Positions 35,163 to 45,367 are shown, counted from the first letter of the stretch. The stretch: 56,927 nt of DNA from a virus (IMGVR_UViG_3300037247_001878:1-56927), one strand, 5' to 3'. The notes: generated from the letters alone by a model not told the origin. Numbers and translations: made by a program.

Positions 35163-36793
35163 TACTCATCGTCCTCCTCGCCTTTCTTTTCTTTGTCCTC
35201 GTCCCCGCCCCCTGCCGGCGGCTGGACGGCGCCGGCCTCCTCGGCGGGATCCGGCAACGCCGAGCCGGCCGGCTTGGCCTGCGTTGCGCCGGTCAGGTTG
35301 ACCCGGCTGGGATCGGAATCGAGCGTCAGGCCGAGGTTGTCGGCGCGGGCCTTGTCCTCGGCGATCTCGCGGTCGATCTCCTCCACGTCGTCGCCGCGCG
35401 CAGCCACGACCCGGGACCGGGAACCGAAGCCGGCACGAACCTCGCGCAGGGAGGCTTTCTGTTCTTTCTCCGGGTCGACCCAGGGCCAGCCCTGGGGCAC
35501 CCACTTCACCCGCCGGTAGTCGCGCCGGTTGGCCAGGTAGTCGCTGGCGGCGGTGACGCCGGCGAGCGCCGCCTGGTCGAGCCAGAGGCGCCAGACCGGA
35601 CGGTTGAGTTGGTAGACCGGCGTGTTCGCCTGGAACTGCTCGAAACCGCGGCGGTTTTCCAAGAGCCCGGCGCGGAGCGAGGTGAAGTTCACATCCGAGA
35701 GGTCGCCGGTGACCTGCTCGTAGGTCAAGTCGGCGCCGGCGGCAACGCCGTGCAGATTCCACTTCATGAAGGGGTCGTAGGACGTCCCAACCTCGGCCGG
35801 CTCGGCAAACTTGATGTCGGCGCCGGCGGGCAGCACCTGAGACATCCCGGGTTCGAGGGTGATCTCGACCTCACCCTTGCTGTCGGGTTTCTCCTCAACC
35901 AGCGGCGCGCCGTCCTCGCCGACGCCGGGAATGATGAAGGCCGCGAACATGGCTGCGATCTTCTTGCGCAGCAGCTCCGCGTCCTCGTACTCGTCGAGGG
36001 CATGCAGGCGCGCGAGCACGCTGGCCAAGCGCGGGGCGCCGCGCACCTGGCCCGGGCGCTCGCGCACGAAGAGATGCAGGATCTCGGCCGCCGGCACGCG
36101 CTCCAGCTCCCAGCCGCGTGGGCGTTGAGACAGGAACTCGCCGGGGTGCTCGCGATACATGTAATAGGCCCTGCGGCGGCCCTGACGGTCGAACTCGATG
36201 CCGGCGATGACGATGTTGCCGTTCTCGCCGATGCGGTTCTCGGCGAGGGGCACGTGATCGGCCTCAAGAACCTGGACCTGGAGCGGCACCTCGGGGCCGT
36301 CCCCGGGGTTGATGGCTAGACTGCGCGGGCGCAGGCGCACGAAAACCTCGCCGGACTCGAAGCCGCCTCCGACGCAAAGCGCCTGCTGCTCGTAATAGTC
36401 GCCGACGCCTTCCGGGTCCGATTCCTCGGTCCAGTCGCGCCATTTCTCATGCAGGGTCTCGCGGACCGCCTCGTCCGGGTGGCGAGATTGGGGCCGGATG
36501 CCGGTGCCGATCGCGTTGGCGACGTAGCGGTTCTTGATCTGCCGCGCCCAGGGATTCGTGCGAATCTCGTGCCGGGCGCGGTTGCGGAGCGTCGCGGCGT
36601 GGGCAATGACGGTGGTATTGACGCCCGAGGAGGTGGTCAGCCAGGCGCTCTGCCGGCGCCCGGTCCCGGCGCCGGCGTCGTAGGCCGGCAACAGCGTGCC
36701 GCCGGCAGCGCCGTGAGACGCCTGAGCCCCGGGCTGGAACCCGGGTTTGAAGGTCACGCGCCCGATGCGGCAGTTCGTCTCCATCCTCACCAA
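35162..36793 (-). CDS. Portal protein, lambda family
   Basis: LRNRAR, GIEFD, RPGQVRG.P, TGDLSDVNF.S.R, WVDP.KE. Confidence 0.93.
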   Translation of the reverse strand: MVRMETNCRIGRVTFKPGFQPGAQASHGAAGGTLLPAYDAGAGTGRRQSAWLTTSSGVNTTVIAHAATLRNRARHEIRTNPWARQIKNRYVANAIGTGIRPQSRHPDEAVRETLHEKWRDWTEESDPEGVGDYYEQQALCVGGGFESGEVFVRLRPRSLAINPGDGPEVPLQVQVLEADHVPLAENRIGENGNIVIAGIEFDRQGRRRAYYMYREHPGEFLSQRPRGWELERVPAAEILHLFVRERPGQVRGAPRLASVLARLHALDEYEDAELLRKKIAAMFAAFIIPGVGEDGAPLVEEKPDSKGEVEITLEPGMSQVLPAGADIKFAEPAEVGTSYDPFMKWNLHGVAAGADLTYEQVTGDLSDVNFTSLRAGLLENRRGFEQFQANTPVYQLNRPVWRLWLDQAALAGVTAASDYLANRRDYRRVKWVPQGWPWVDPEKEQKASLREVRAGFGSRSRVVAARGDDVEEIDREIAEDKARADNLGLTLDSDPSRVNLTGATQAKPAGSALPDPAEEAGAVQPPAGGGDEDKEKKGEEDDE

Positions 36794-37002
36794 CCCTTGC
36801 GCGTCTGCGGGTAAACACGACGCGTCTTGACCGTGCCCTCGAGCGCGGCGATCTGTGCGACAACCGATGCCAGCACCCGGCTCATTTCGTCGAGGTTGCG
36901 GTAGCTCACTTCCTTGTCGCCCTCGCGCAGCTTGAGCACACCGGAGGCGAGCGCCGCCTCCAGCGCGTCGCGGCGTGCCTGGAGCTCGGTCAGCGTTGCC
37001 AT
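36787..37002 (-). CDS. gpW-like head-tail protein
   Basis: LE.ALASGVL.....DKEVSYR between terminase and portal. Confidence 0.8.
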   Translation of the reverse strand: MATLTELQARRDALEAALASGVLKLREGDKEVSYRNLDEMSRVLASVVAQIAALEGTVKTRRVYPQTRKGW

Positions 37003-37003
37003 G

Positions 37004-38938
37004 TCAGGACAGCCAGCGCGACTTGCCGGCGCGGATCGCCGGAGCGGCCTCGTCCACCTCCGCCCCCGGCGGCGCGACGACCGCGCGCAGCATGTCGAGC
37101 TGGGCCGGCTCCGGCGGCGCGCCGCGCTCGATGGCGAGCGCCTCCCACTGCGCCAGCGTCATGCGGCCCATGCCGATGTGCGGCGAATAGGCCGCGGCGC
37201 GGGCGTAGACGGCGCAGTCCAGGACCTCGTTGCGGTCCTGTGGCGACTTGTCCCATTGGTAGGACGTGAGGCCGCCGCGCTTCTGCTTCGCGACCAGCTT
37301 CTCGGCGGTCAGCTGCTTGAAGACCTCGTCGTCCAGGCCGCTCGCCAGGTGCACGAAGCCGGGCGGGAAATTGCCGGTCTCGTCCGGGCCTTCCAGGTTC
37401 AGGTAGCCGTAGAGCTCGGCCTTCAGGTACCAGGAGCCGACCATCCAGTTGAGCGCGCTCGATCGCACCAGCTTGCCGCGCGGCGTGTAGGTCATCTTCT
37501 TGGGCGTGCCGATCGGCCAGTCGGTGCGCCCCGAGTAGCCCTTGATCGAGATCGTGGCCGGCTTGCCGCGTACCCAGTCGTAGGCCATGGTCGGGCGATA
37601 GCCGGAATCGACCGCCGTGCATTCGAGGCGCAGCTCGCGGCCCTGCAGCGTGAACCAAGACTGCTGCCACAGTTCGGTGAGATCGCCCCAGACCTGGAGG
37701 TCCGCCGTGTTGCCCGCGAGCACGACATGGTCGATCAGCGCCGAGGTCTTGCCGACGCCCCATCCCCAGATCGAGGCCTCGAGGCGGTCCGCCTGCATGT
37801 CGACGCCCATGGTCAGGAACAGCACCCAGGCCGGCACCTCGCCGCGGCCGTGGCTGGCGATCGACTGGGCGCGCTTCTGCAGATCCTCCCACTTCGGCGC
37901 CTCGCCCTGGACCTCGAAGCTGCGGCCCAGCCAGAGGTTGGCGAAGCCCTTTTCCCTGTGCGGGTCGCCCTTGGTGGCGAGGTAGGCGGCGGCGATGTCG
38001 TCCCAGGTAACGAAGGGGGAATAGAGCGAGTCGATGTGGAAGGAGGGATGGCGCCCGGGCCCCGGCTCGGCCGCGATCCAGCGCCCGCGGGCCAGCATGC
38101 CGGTCTTTTCGAAGTGCTCGATAATGCAGCCCCGCGCGGCGCAGACATAGACGGCCTTGTGCGGAAAGTCTTCCTCGAAGCGCAGGTTCTCGAAGATGAG
38201 CGTCTGCTCGTGCCCGCAGTGCGGACAGGAGACATGGTAGTAACGCTGGTCGCCGGCTTCGAAGGCCGCGTCGATACGCGAGCTGCCTTTCAGCGTCGGC
38301 GTCGACATCTCCAATTTCTTGTAGGTGCCGAGGGCGCGGAACGCGAGCTGACGTGCGTCAACCATGAGCATGGGGTCGCCCTGGCCTTCCAGGTCTTCCG
38401 GCCAGTCGTCGATCTCGTCGCAGAGTACGTTCTTGACCGTCTTGGAGCGCAGGCCGGCGGTCGAGTTGGCGCCGCAAATGGTTAGGCTGCCGCCCGGGTA
38501 TGACTTCGAGAGCACCGTCGAGCCGCGGCCCGAGCGGCTCTTGAGCGGCGCGATCTTACGCCGCAGGACCGGCGAACCGTCGATCGTCGGCTGCAGCTTG
38601 TCTCGGTTGAAATCCTTGGCCGCATCGACCGTCGGCTGGACCGCCATGGCCCGCGCCGGCGCGACATCGGCGATGTAGCCGAGCCAGGCGATGCCGAGGC
38701 CGGTCAAGCCGGGCTGCGCCGACTTGCGCACGCTGATCCGCGTCGCCGGGTCCTCCGGCGCCAGGAGGTCCAGGATCTCGGGCAGGTAGGGCGTGACCTC
38801 GGGCGACCAATGGCTGCCGGCATAGGGACCGTCCGGCACGACGATGTTCTCCGCCGCCCAGGCGCTCGGCTGAACGACTGGGTCGGGCGCGAGGCCCAGC
38901 GCCAACGCGGCTGCGACGACGCTAATCTTCAGTTTCAT
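37004..38938 (-). CDS. terL: Terminase large subunit, gpA family
   Basis: RKSAQ.G.T Walker A variant, VLCDEID, STPT, CPHC, GVDMQ, DSGY, NEVLDC. Confidence 0.95.
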   Translation of the reverse strand: MKLKISVVAAALALGLAPDPVVQPSAWAAENIVVPDGPYAGSHWSPEVTPYLPEILDLLAPEDPATRISVRKSAQPGLTGLGIAWLGYIADVAPARAMAVQPTVDAAKDFNRDKLQPTIDGSPVLRRKIAPLKSRSGRGSTVLSKSYPGGSLTICGANSTAGLRSKTVKNVLCDEIDDWPEDLEGQGDPMLMVDARQLAFRALGTYKKLEMSTPTLKGSSRIDAAFEAGDQRYYHVSCPHCGHEQTLIFENLRFEEDFPHKAVYVCAARGCIIEHFEKTGMLARGRWIAAEPGPGRHPSFHIDSLYSPFVTWDDIAAAYLATKGDPHREKGFANLWLGRSFEVQGEAPKWEDLQKRAQSIASHGRGEVPAWVLFLTMGVDMQADRLEASIWGWGVGKTSALIDHVVLAGNTADLQVWGDLTELWQQSWFTLQGRELRLECTAVDSGYRPTMAYDWVRGKPATISIKGYSGRTDWPIGTPKKMTYTPRGKLVRSSALNWMVGSWYLKAELYGYLNLEGPDETGNFPPGFVHLASGLDDEVFKQLTAEKLVAKQKRGGLTSYQWDKSPQDRNEVLDCAVYARAAAYSPHIGMGRMTLAQWEALAIERGAPPEPAQLDMLRAVVAPPGAEVDEAAPAIRAGKSRWLS

Positions 38939-39524
38939 CGTCGTCCTCCCCCGCGCCGAGGTGCTGCAGTTTCGATTCGAGCTCGGCCTCGAGCCCGCGT
39001 ATCTTGTCTTTCAGGAAGCCCCGGATTGCTTTCAGATCGCCGCCGGTGACGCTGGCGAGCCCGTCGGCCCAGGTCTCGATCAGGTCGAGTTGCTGGCGTA
39101 TCTCCCGGCCGCAGGTGACCATCGCGGACTCGACATCCGAGACCAGGACCAGGAGGCCGTCCTTGAGCGCGTTCTCGCGGTCCAATTGTTCGCGCTGCGC
39201 CCGCACATAGAGCGTTCGTTCCGTTTTGTAATTCAGATCGTCGTCGTCGCCGAGATCGCCGACGGCGCCGTTTGGATCGGGAACGCCGAGTTCCGCCTGC
39301 GGGTCGCGGTTTCGCTTCCATTGGGCTTCGGCCGTTACGAAGCGCAGCTTTTTTCCCGGGCCCAGCGCCGCGCCCGAGATGCGGCCCGTCTGCACGGCCA
39401 GGGTTATCGCCGACTTGACCACGCCGACGCGGCGCGCGAACTCCGCACGCGAAACCAACTCCCCGCCGTTCACCGCCGCCGCGGCTTCCAAACCGTTGCC
39501 GTCGTCCGTGCTAAGACTGGTCAT
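38922..39524 (-). CDS. terS: Terminase small subunit
   Basis: N-terminal wHTH SRAEFARRVGV, coiled coil, overlaps terL. Confidence 0.8.
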   Translation of the reverse strand: MTSLSTDDGNGLEAAAAVNGGELVSRAEFARRVGVVKSAITLAVQTGRISGAALGPGKKLRFVTAEAQWKRNRDPQAELGVPDPNGAVGDLGDDDDLNYKTERTLYVRAQREQLDRENALKDGLLVLVSDVESAMVTCGREIRQQLDLIETWADGLASVTGGDLKAIRGFLKDKIRGLEAELESKLQHLGAGEDDDETED

Positions 39525-39559
39525 GACGCTCCTGTCGGTGCGCGGAAAGCGGCGCGGCC

Positions 39560-39690
39560 CTTCAGGCGCGCATCGTTCAGTGAGCGTTCAGCCGTTCAGT
39601 TCAGTTCAGGGCTTTTCAGAACCCGGACACTAGCGCCACATCGCGCGCAGCCGAACCACGTTCGTTTTTGGGCTGGGAAGGACCCGTTGA
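39560..39690 (-). other. Probable cos region
   Basis: Minus strand ACGGGTCCTTCC matches the lambda cosQ context (GGGTCCT at 39685-39679); clustered GTTCAG repeats at 39575-39609 upstream of terS. Confidence 0.6.
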
Positions 39691-39945
39691 CTCTCGATCG
39701 GCATCGGCTAAAACGATCGGGGCGGGGCGCTCGGCATCGTTGCCTCCAAGCATTTGAGGAGCCGAGTTGGCGCCTCGATGCCGAGCGGTGCGTGATCCCC
39801 CGTCCCGCCGGCGCGGGTTTCTCCGCGCCCTCGAACATTGGCCCGTCTCCCGGGTTGCTCTCATGGAAACGCCCGCCTCGGCGGGGCCGGTGCGGGCGCA
39901 GTTTTGAACGCTGTCTGAATCGCTACCGAATTCGGGTACCGGCTG

Positions 39946-40848
39946 TCAAGCCCCTTGCATGCGGGCTTGGGTTTCCGCGGCTTTCAGGCGCTCGACGCGC
40001 TTGAGCCACAGGCCCCGAGTCGCGTAATAGCCCGCGACTCCGTCGAGCGCGGTCGTCAACACCCCGAGTGCCTTGTGCTTATTCGTCCGTTCCCCGCCAC
40101 CGCGCTCGATGCGCACGCAGTCCTCGATCGAGCGGTCCATGCCGATCACGTGGTAGAGCAGGCGCGCGCCCAGGCTGCCGCGCCCGCCGAGGTGGTCGTA
40201 GATCCCGAATACCTCGTCCTTGGCGTCGAGCGTCGCGTCGGCGGCGGGCCCAGTCCCAGAGATCGCGGTCCGGACCCGTAGCAGATCGTAGGCTCGTCCA
40301 GGATGGAGCCCGCCGGCGATGAAGGCCCTGTGGAAGCGCAGCGCCATGTCGCGCTGGCGCTGGCTTAAGGCACCGCGCTTGAGCATGGCCTCGATGCGGT
40401 CCGGGGCCCGCCACGCCAGGATATCGCGCCCGCTCTCGGGATCCGCCAAGGTCTCGCGCGCGAGCGGCCCTTGGCGCCGGCGCGCCGCGCTCGGGCGGCC
40501 GGGCGAGCCGCTGACCGGAAGCGAACCATGGGCGCGGCGCCACTGCGCGCGCTCGCTCTCGCCACGGCGGCGGCGCGCCCGCCGGTTGCGCCAGACGAAC
40601 AGCCGGGACAGCGGCTCGGTCACCTCCCAGAGCTCGACCGCACCGTTGCTGCCACGCCGCCGCAGGCGGAAGAACAGGCGCCCGAGGCGCGGGTGGTAGC
40701 CCTCGAACAGGAAGCGCCACTTGAGATCGGGCCGGGCCTCGGCCTGGACGGTGACCCCGTCGGGGAACTTGCAACCCAGCCACTCGAGCTCGGCCAATTC
40801 GAAGGGGAAGCCGTGAATCGTGTCGGCGATCGCCTCAACCACGCGCAT
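39946..40848 (-). CDS. Probable late-gene regulator (DUF6456-like)
   Basis: Last early gene before cos; RGALSQRQ..ALRF motif and C-terminal HTH-like segment. Confidence 0.5.
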   Translation of the reverse strand: MRVVEAIADTIHGFPFELAELEWLGCKFPDGVTVQAEARPDLKWRFLFEGYHPRLGRLFFRLRRRGSNGAVELWEVTEPLSRLFVWRNRRARRRRGESERAQWRRAHGSLPVSGSPGRPSAARRRQGPLARETLADPESGRDILAWRAPDRIEAMLKRGALSQRQRDMALRFHRAFIAGGLHPGRAYDLLRVRTAISGTGPAADATLDAKDEVFGIYDHLGGRGSLGARLLYHVIGMDRSIEDCVRIERGGGERTNKHKALGVLTTALDGVAGYYATRGLWLKRVERLKAAETQARMQGA

Positions 40849-41809
40849 GCGCTCCTCTCCGCTCCTTGCGCTCGCGGTCCCTGGCGGCGTCGCCGGCCCA
40901 GTGGTACATGTTCACGGCAACGCGCCGGCTCAGTATCTCCTCGAGCGCCTCGCCGAAGCTCTCCTTGACGTGCATGGCCGTGAACTTGCTGGGGGCGGCC
41001 AGTTCGTACACCGTGCCGTTGTCGCTCACCGGGGTGAGTTCTTTAAGCCAGGTGTTCCATACGGACTCGCCCAGTATGGCGACGATCTGCCGTTCCGAAC
41101 TGCGCCAAAGCGCGTTGGCCGGCGTCTCGGGCTTGGCCAGCGCCGTCACCTCCCGCTCGCGCGCCTCGCGCAGCTCGATGTAGCCCCGCAGCGCGGAGGC
41201 CAACGCGCGCCGTAACAAGACGCCCTCCAAGCATTTCTCGCGCAGTTCCGTCCAGGTCGGGAAGAACCGCTGTGTGTCCGCCCATTCCCTGCAGGCCGCT
41301 TTGACCGCGTCCAGCGGATACTCGGCCAGCAACGCCGACAGGGCATTGATCTGGGCCTTCAGGTCGTCGGGCGTAAGCGCCTTGGAAACCGTCAGAAGCT
41401 TGAGGAAACCGACCGCCTGCCCGCAATCGCGTTGACCTGCGCGTGCGTCGAGACGCTCGACCAAGTGCAGCGCCGCCTTGGCGTCAGCCAGGGACGCGCC
41501 CTCGGCGAGCGTATAGTCGGCGGTGTAGGACTGGGACCAGTCCTCGCCAGGCCGCGCGCCTGGGCGCTGGCGCCAACGCTCGACCCGCTCAATCCGGGAG
41601 ATCACGGATGGCGGCAACCACGCCTTGATCGCCGCGTCGATCGCCCCTGGCGCCGCCTCGGCCAGCAGCGCCCGGGCCTCGGGCAGGGTCGCCGGGGCGT
41701 TCCTTGCGGAGCCAGACGGCGAAAGCGCTATGGCCGTGCCCGGACCATCGCAGGTGGGTGCGGGTGCGCCCGTTTCCGGCGGTGAAGTGGGTTTTGAAGT
41801 TGCTTGCAT
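40835..41809 (-). CDS. Replication protein with C-terminal DnaA N-terminal-like domain (start uncertain)
   Basis: L.EYPLDAVKAAC.EW....FFPT and LGESVWNTWLKEL...LAAPSKF motifs. Confidence 0.65.
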   Translation of the reverse strand: MQATSKPTSPPETGAPAPTCDGPGTAIALSPSGSARNAPATLPEARALLAEAAPGAIDAAIKAWLPPSVISRIERVERWRQRPGARPGEDWSQSYTADYTLAEGASLADAKAALHLVERLDARAGQRDCGQAVGFLKLLTVSKALTPDDLKAQINALSALLAEYPLDAVKAACREWADTQRFFPTWTELREKCLEGVLLRRALASALRGYIELREAREREVTALAKPETPANALWRSSERQIVAILGESVWNTWLKELTPVSDNGTVYELAAPSKFTAMHVKESFGEALEEILSRRVAVNMYHWAGDAARDRERKERRGAHARG

Positions 41810-42464
41810 GGTCGCGAACCTCCTGGTCGCAAAAGCCGCGCTCCCGGCCATAGGCAAAATCCCATGGCCCCGCCTCCCAGTCGGCGCCCAGACGCGTCCC
41901 GCGCGCACGTCTCGAGTCGGATGATGGTTCTGATGATGGTTCAGATGACGGTTCTTCCTTATAGGGGACTCCCGCAGCTGGAGGGTTGCTCCCGCAGCTG
42001 GAGGGTTGCTCCCGCAGCTGGAGGGTTGTGCAACCCTCCCGCGTCTGGATGGTTGATTGCCCGTCCGAGGGCTCGTGCAACCCTCCAGTTTCCGGAGGGT
42101 TGCTTTTCTTCTCCGCCGCCCGCAAGGCCGCCCAAGAGGTCGGACCGTTCCGTCGGTAAAGCGCGTCGGCGCGGTCGATATCGATCCAATAGCGGGTCGT
42201 TTTGCCGGCCTGTTTTCCGTCCTCGTCCTGGGGCGCACGGCCGCCCTTGCCGCCGCGTTTGAGCACCAATACGCGGTCGTTCCGCAAACACCGCAGATGG
42301 TTGCGCACGGTGCTGCTGCCGAGCCCGGTCTCGCGCGCGACCCGCTCCACCGAAGGCCAAGTGAAGCCGTCGTCGTTCGCCTGGTCGGCGAACTTGAGCA
42401 GAATTAATTTCGGCGCCGACGGCAGTACGAGCCGCCATGTGGGCGAGGTGTAGTGGACGCTCAC
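41589..42464 (-). CDS. Replication initiator (N-terminal wHTH, internal origin)
   Basis: KLILLKFADQANDDGFTWPSVERVARETGL; internal iterons; EPSSEPSS linker. Confidence 0.8.
   Translation of the reverse strand: MSVHYTSPTWRLVLPSAPKLILLKFADQANDDGFTWPSVERVARETGLGSSTVRNHLRCLRNDRVLVLKRGGKGGRAPQDEDGKQAGKTTRYWIDIDRADALYRRNGPTSWAALRAAEKKSNPPETGGLHEPSDGQSTIQTREGCTTLQLREQPSSCGSNPPAAGVPYKEEPSSEPSSEPSSDSRRARGTRLGADWEAGPWDFAYGRERGFCDQEVRDHASNFKTHFTAGNGRTRTHLRWSGHGHSAFAVWLRKERPGDPARGPGAAGRGGARGDRRGDQGVVAAIRDLPD
41969..42103. repeat. Replication origin iterons
   Basis: CTCCCGCAGCTGGAGGGTTG x3 tandem (41969-42028), inverted CAACCCTCC at 42031, palindrome GCAACCCTCC-N7-GGAGGGTTGC at 42077-42103. Confidence 0.8.
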
Positions 42465-42757
42465 GGCGCAGCCTCCGGCTCATCGGACCGCCCGGCCGCC
42501 TTGATGGTCGCGGCGACGAAACTGGGCGAGCGCGTCATCAGGCAGCGGACGCATTGTTCCACGTGGCTCGGGAGATCGACGGCCAATTCGGCTAAGATGT
42601 CGTCGCGCGCACGCGCGCTGGGGATCAGCGAGATAATGCTCGCCAGGACGACTCCGAGGATGGCGATCGCTTCTCCTTGAGTGATTGATTCAGCCTTGAT
42701 TTCCGCGCCGAAGCGGTCGACCATTTCGCCGAGGATTTTCTCGCCCCGCTCGCTCAT
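42461..42757 (-). CDS. Hypothetical protein
   Basis: Coupled overlaps on both sides. Confidence 0.6.
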   Translation of the reverse strand: MSERGEKILGEMVDRFGAEIKAESITQGEAIAILGVVLASIISLIPSARARDDILAELAVDLPSHVEQCVRCLMTRSPSFVAATIKAAGRSDEPEAAP

Positions 42758-43719
42758 GGCGTGGTCTCCGGGCTCTCCGCCGCAGGCGTTGGCCCGCAGG
42801 TGGGTGCACCAACGCTCTCTTTCGTTGCCCCGGGCCGCCGGCCAACCCCCGGGGCAGCCCCGGCGCGCGGGGCGAAAAGATCGCGCCCGGCGCGCGCCGC
42901 CGGGTTAATCCAGAGCACCTCCGTGCGTTTCCTAGCGCCGTCGGCGCGCGCCGCCCATTCGACCCGGTGCCAGTCGGCGAGCGCGTCGTCGTAGAGCGCC
43001 GAGGGGTAGCCCGAGAGGACCACCATGCCTTGCAGCCCGCGAACGAAGGCGAGCAGCTCGACGTGGTCGTCGCGGGTCATTTCGACGGCGTAGATCCCGC
43101 GCCTGTATTTCAGGTCGTAGGGGTTCTTCAGGCTCCGCGTCTCGGGCAGGTAGGGCGGGTCCAGGTAGAACAGGGTCTCGGCCCCGTCGTAGCGCGCCAT
43201 AACCTCGATCGCCGGCTTGCACTCGATCACCACGCCGGCAAGGCGCGCCACCACGGCGCGGAGCGCCTGCGGGTAGGTCACCCACTCGTGGGCGGGAATA
43301 CCGCCCGCGCGGGTAGAATTGCTGCGAAACCCGGTCCGCGCGGCGCTCGGTCGCGCATGCGCTGTCGAGCCGAAGCCTTGATAGGACCGGACGCACAGCC
43401 GCCGCGCCGCCTCCACGGGGTCGCCGCTCGGTTCGTAGGCGCCGTCGAATTCGCCGCGTGCGAAGGGGGTGAGTTCCAGCGCCCGGATCAGCTCGGCCGC
43501 GCGCGCGGGGTCGCGCAGCACCCGGAAAAGCTCGACCACCTCGCGGTCCAGGTCGTTGTAGACCTCGGCGTAGGCGCGCGGCTTGGCCAGCAGCACCGAG
43601 GCGGCGCCGCCGAAGGGCTCGACGTAGACCCGGTGCGGCGGGAAATGGGCGACAATGCGCTTGCGGTCGCGGAACTTGCCGCCGTGCCAACGCAATACCG
43701 GGCGGGTGGGCGCGGTCAT
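42754..43719 (-). CDS. DNA adenine methyltransferase (D12/Dam class)
   Basis: RWHGGK, YVEPFGGAASV, YNDLD, FYLDPPY. Confidence 0.9.
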   Translation of the reverse strand: MTAPTRPVLRWHGGKFRDRKRIVAHFPPHRVYVEPFGGAASVLLAKPRAYAEVYNDLDREVVELFRVLRDPARAAELIRALELTPFARGEFDGAYEPSGDPVEAARRLCVRSYQGFGSTAHARPSAARTGFRSNSTRAGGIPAHEWVTYPQALRAVVARLAGVVIECKPAIEVMARYDGAETLFYLDPPYLPETRSLKNPYDLKYRRGIYAVEMTRDDHVELLAFVRGLQGMVVLSGYPSALYDDALADWHRVEWAARADGARKRTEVLWINPAARAGRDLFAPRAGAAPGVGRRPGATKESVGAPTCGPTPAAESPETTP

Positions 43720-45317
43720 GCCACGTCCTCCGCGTCCGCTTTCGCAACCAGGTTCGCCCGCACGACAGCTTCCGCGACCTGGGGGCTCACCGAGTTGCCG
43801 CACTTCTCGATCTGCGCCGTCTTGGTCAGCGGCGCGCCGTCCTTGAGCGGCGCGATCTCGTAGCTGCCGGGGAAGCCCTGCGCGGTGAACAGCTCGCGCG
43901 GGGTCAGCATGCGCATCCCGATATCGGCGATGACGTAGGGCGTGCCGCCGATCTCGACGGTGACGACGCCGAAGCGCGCCTTGGTGGTCGCCGTGTGTAG
44001 CGGGTCGCGGAGGTCCTGTAGCTGCCCGCCGTCGCCGAAATACTTGATCAGGAAAGCCCGAACCTCGCCCAAGTGCATGCCGCCGGCGGTGATCGTCGGC
44101 ATGGGCTCCGTGACCGCCTGGCCGTGGCGGCAGGTGCCGCGCAGTTTGATCAGGTGCGAGGTCACGACCTGCTGTTGCGTGCCGCGCTGGGTCACGGTCG
44201 AGAGCGGCTTGCGCAGGTCGTGGCCGACCATGCCGCCGTTGTGCTGGGCCAGGAAAGCCGTCACCAGGGCGTGCTTGGCGCCGCCGGCGACGACCGTGCC
44301 GAGCGGCTTGCCGAGCCCCGGCACCCGTGGCGCCTGGCCCGGTCGCTCGCCATAGCCGGTCTGGATCAAGGTCGACGCGACCAGGGCGAATCTGTTCGCC
44401 TGGGTCGTGATCGTGTGGAGCGGTTCCTGGACGCCCTGGCAGGGTTTGGAGCCAAAGTTGTTCTTGACCAGGGTCGGCAAGACTAGAGCGTGGCCGCCGG
44501 TCGAGGTGATCGTGCGCAGAGGATCTCCGAGTCCGTAGACGCAACCTGCGTTGCTCTTGTGCATATCGGTGCGGATGACGAACGGCTCCGCGGCCTCGAT
44601 CACGTAGCGCTGGATCCCGCGCGCGATGCGCCGCTGCGTCGCCGCGGCGAGCGGCCGCTTGCGTTCGAAGATCGACGGACAGGGCAACGAGAAGTCGATG
44701 CACTCGGCCGCCGTGCGGTAGGGGATCAGCCCGGGCCCGTGGCTCGGCGCCGGCCAGACGATCGGGCGCCCGTCGCGTCGGGCCACAACGAACAGCCGCT
44801 TGCGGATGGTCGGCGCGCCGTAGTCGCAGGCGCGCAGCTCGCGCCACTCGACCCGGTAGCCGAGATCCTGCAACTGCGAGACCCAGCGCTCGAAGGTCAG
44901 GCCCCTGCGCCGCGGGCAGCGCCGGCCGCTGCGGGTCAACGGGCCCCAGCCGGCGAACTCCTCGACGTTCTCAAGCACGATCACCCGCGGCCTGGCGCGC
45001 GCCGCCCAGCGCAGCACGACCCAGGCCAGGCCGCGGACCCGCTTGCTGACCGGCCGCCCGCCCTTGGCCTTGGAGAAGTCCTTGCAGTCGGGGGAGAACC
45101 AGGCGATCTCGACCGGCGCTCCGCCGCAGGCCACGACCGGGTCGACGGCCCAGACGTTCTCGCAGTAATGCGTCGTCGCCGGGTGGTTGGCCCGGTGCAT
45201 CAGGATCGCGTTCTCGTCGTGGTTGACCGCGATCGAGACCGGCCGGCCGAGCGCCCGCTCCATGCCCAGGCTGGCACCGCCCCCGCCGGCGAAGTTATCG
45301 ACCGAGAGGTGATTCAC
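43716..45317 (-). CDS. DNA cytosine-5 methyltransferase
   Basis: DNFAGGGG, FSPDC, LENV, RKRLF, RML.PREL..AQGF, GNSV; repeated PL.T.T inserts. Confidence 0.92.
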   Translation of the reverse strand: MNHLSVDNFAGGGGASLGMERALGRPVSIAVNHDENAILMHRANHPATTHYCENVWAVDPVVACGGAPVEIAWFSPDCKDFSKAKGGRPVSKRVRGLAWVVLRWAARARPRVIVLENVEEFAGWGPLTRSGRRCPRRRGLTFERWVSQLQDLGYRVEWRELRACDYGAPTIRKRLFVVARRDGRPIVWPAPSHGPGLIPYRTAAECIDFSLPCPSIFERKRPLAAATQRRIARGIQRYVIEAAEPFVIRTDMHKSNAGCVYGLGDPLRTITSTGGHALVLPTLVKNNFGSKPCQGVQEPLHTITTQANRFALVASTLIQTGYGERPGQAPRVPGLGKPLGTVVAGGAKHALVTAFLAQHNGGMVGHDLRKPLSTVTQRGTQQQVVTSHLIKLRGTCRHGQAVTEPMPTITAGGMHLGEVRAFLIKYFGDGGQLQDLRDPLHTATTKARFGVVTVEIGGTPYVIADIGMRMLTPRELFTAQGFPGSYEIAPLKDGAPLTKTAQIEKCGNSVSPQVAEAVVRANLVAKADAEDVA

Positions 45318-45367
45318 GCCGCCCTCCCGGCTTGCGCGCGGCGGTTGCGCGGGTCAGACTGGCGGGC

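Noticed and set aside
39575-39589. LexA box upstream of terS
   Set aside because: GTTC-N7-GTTC arises within a cluster of GTTCAG repeats better explained as terminase-binding sites
41969-42028. CRISPR-like array
   Set aside because: Repeats are contiguous with no spacers and lie in the initiator gene; no cas genes
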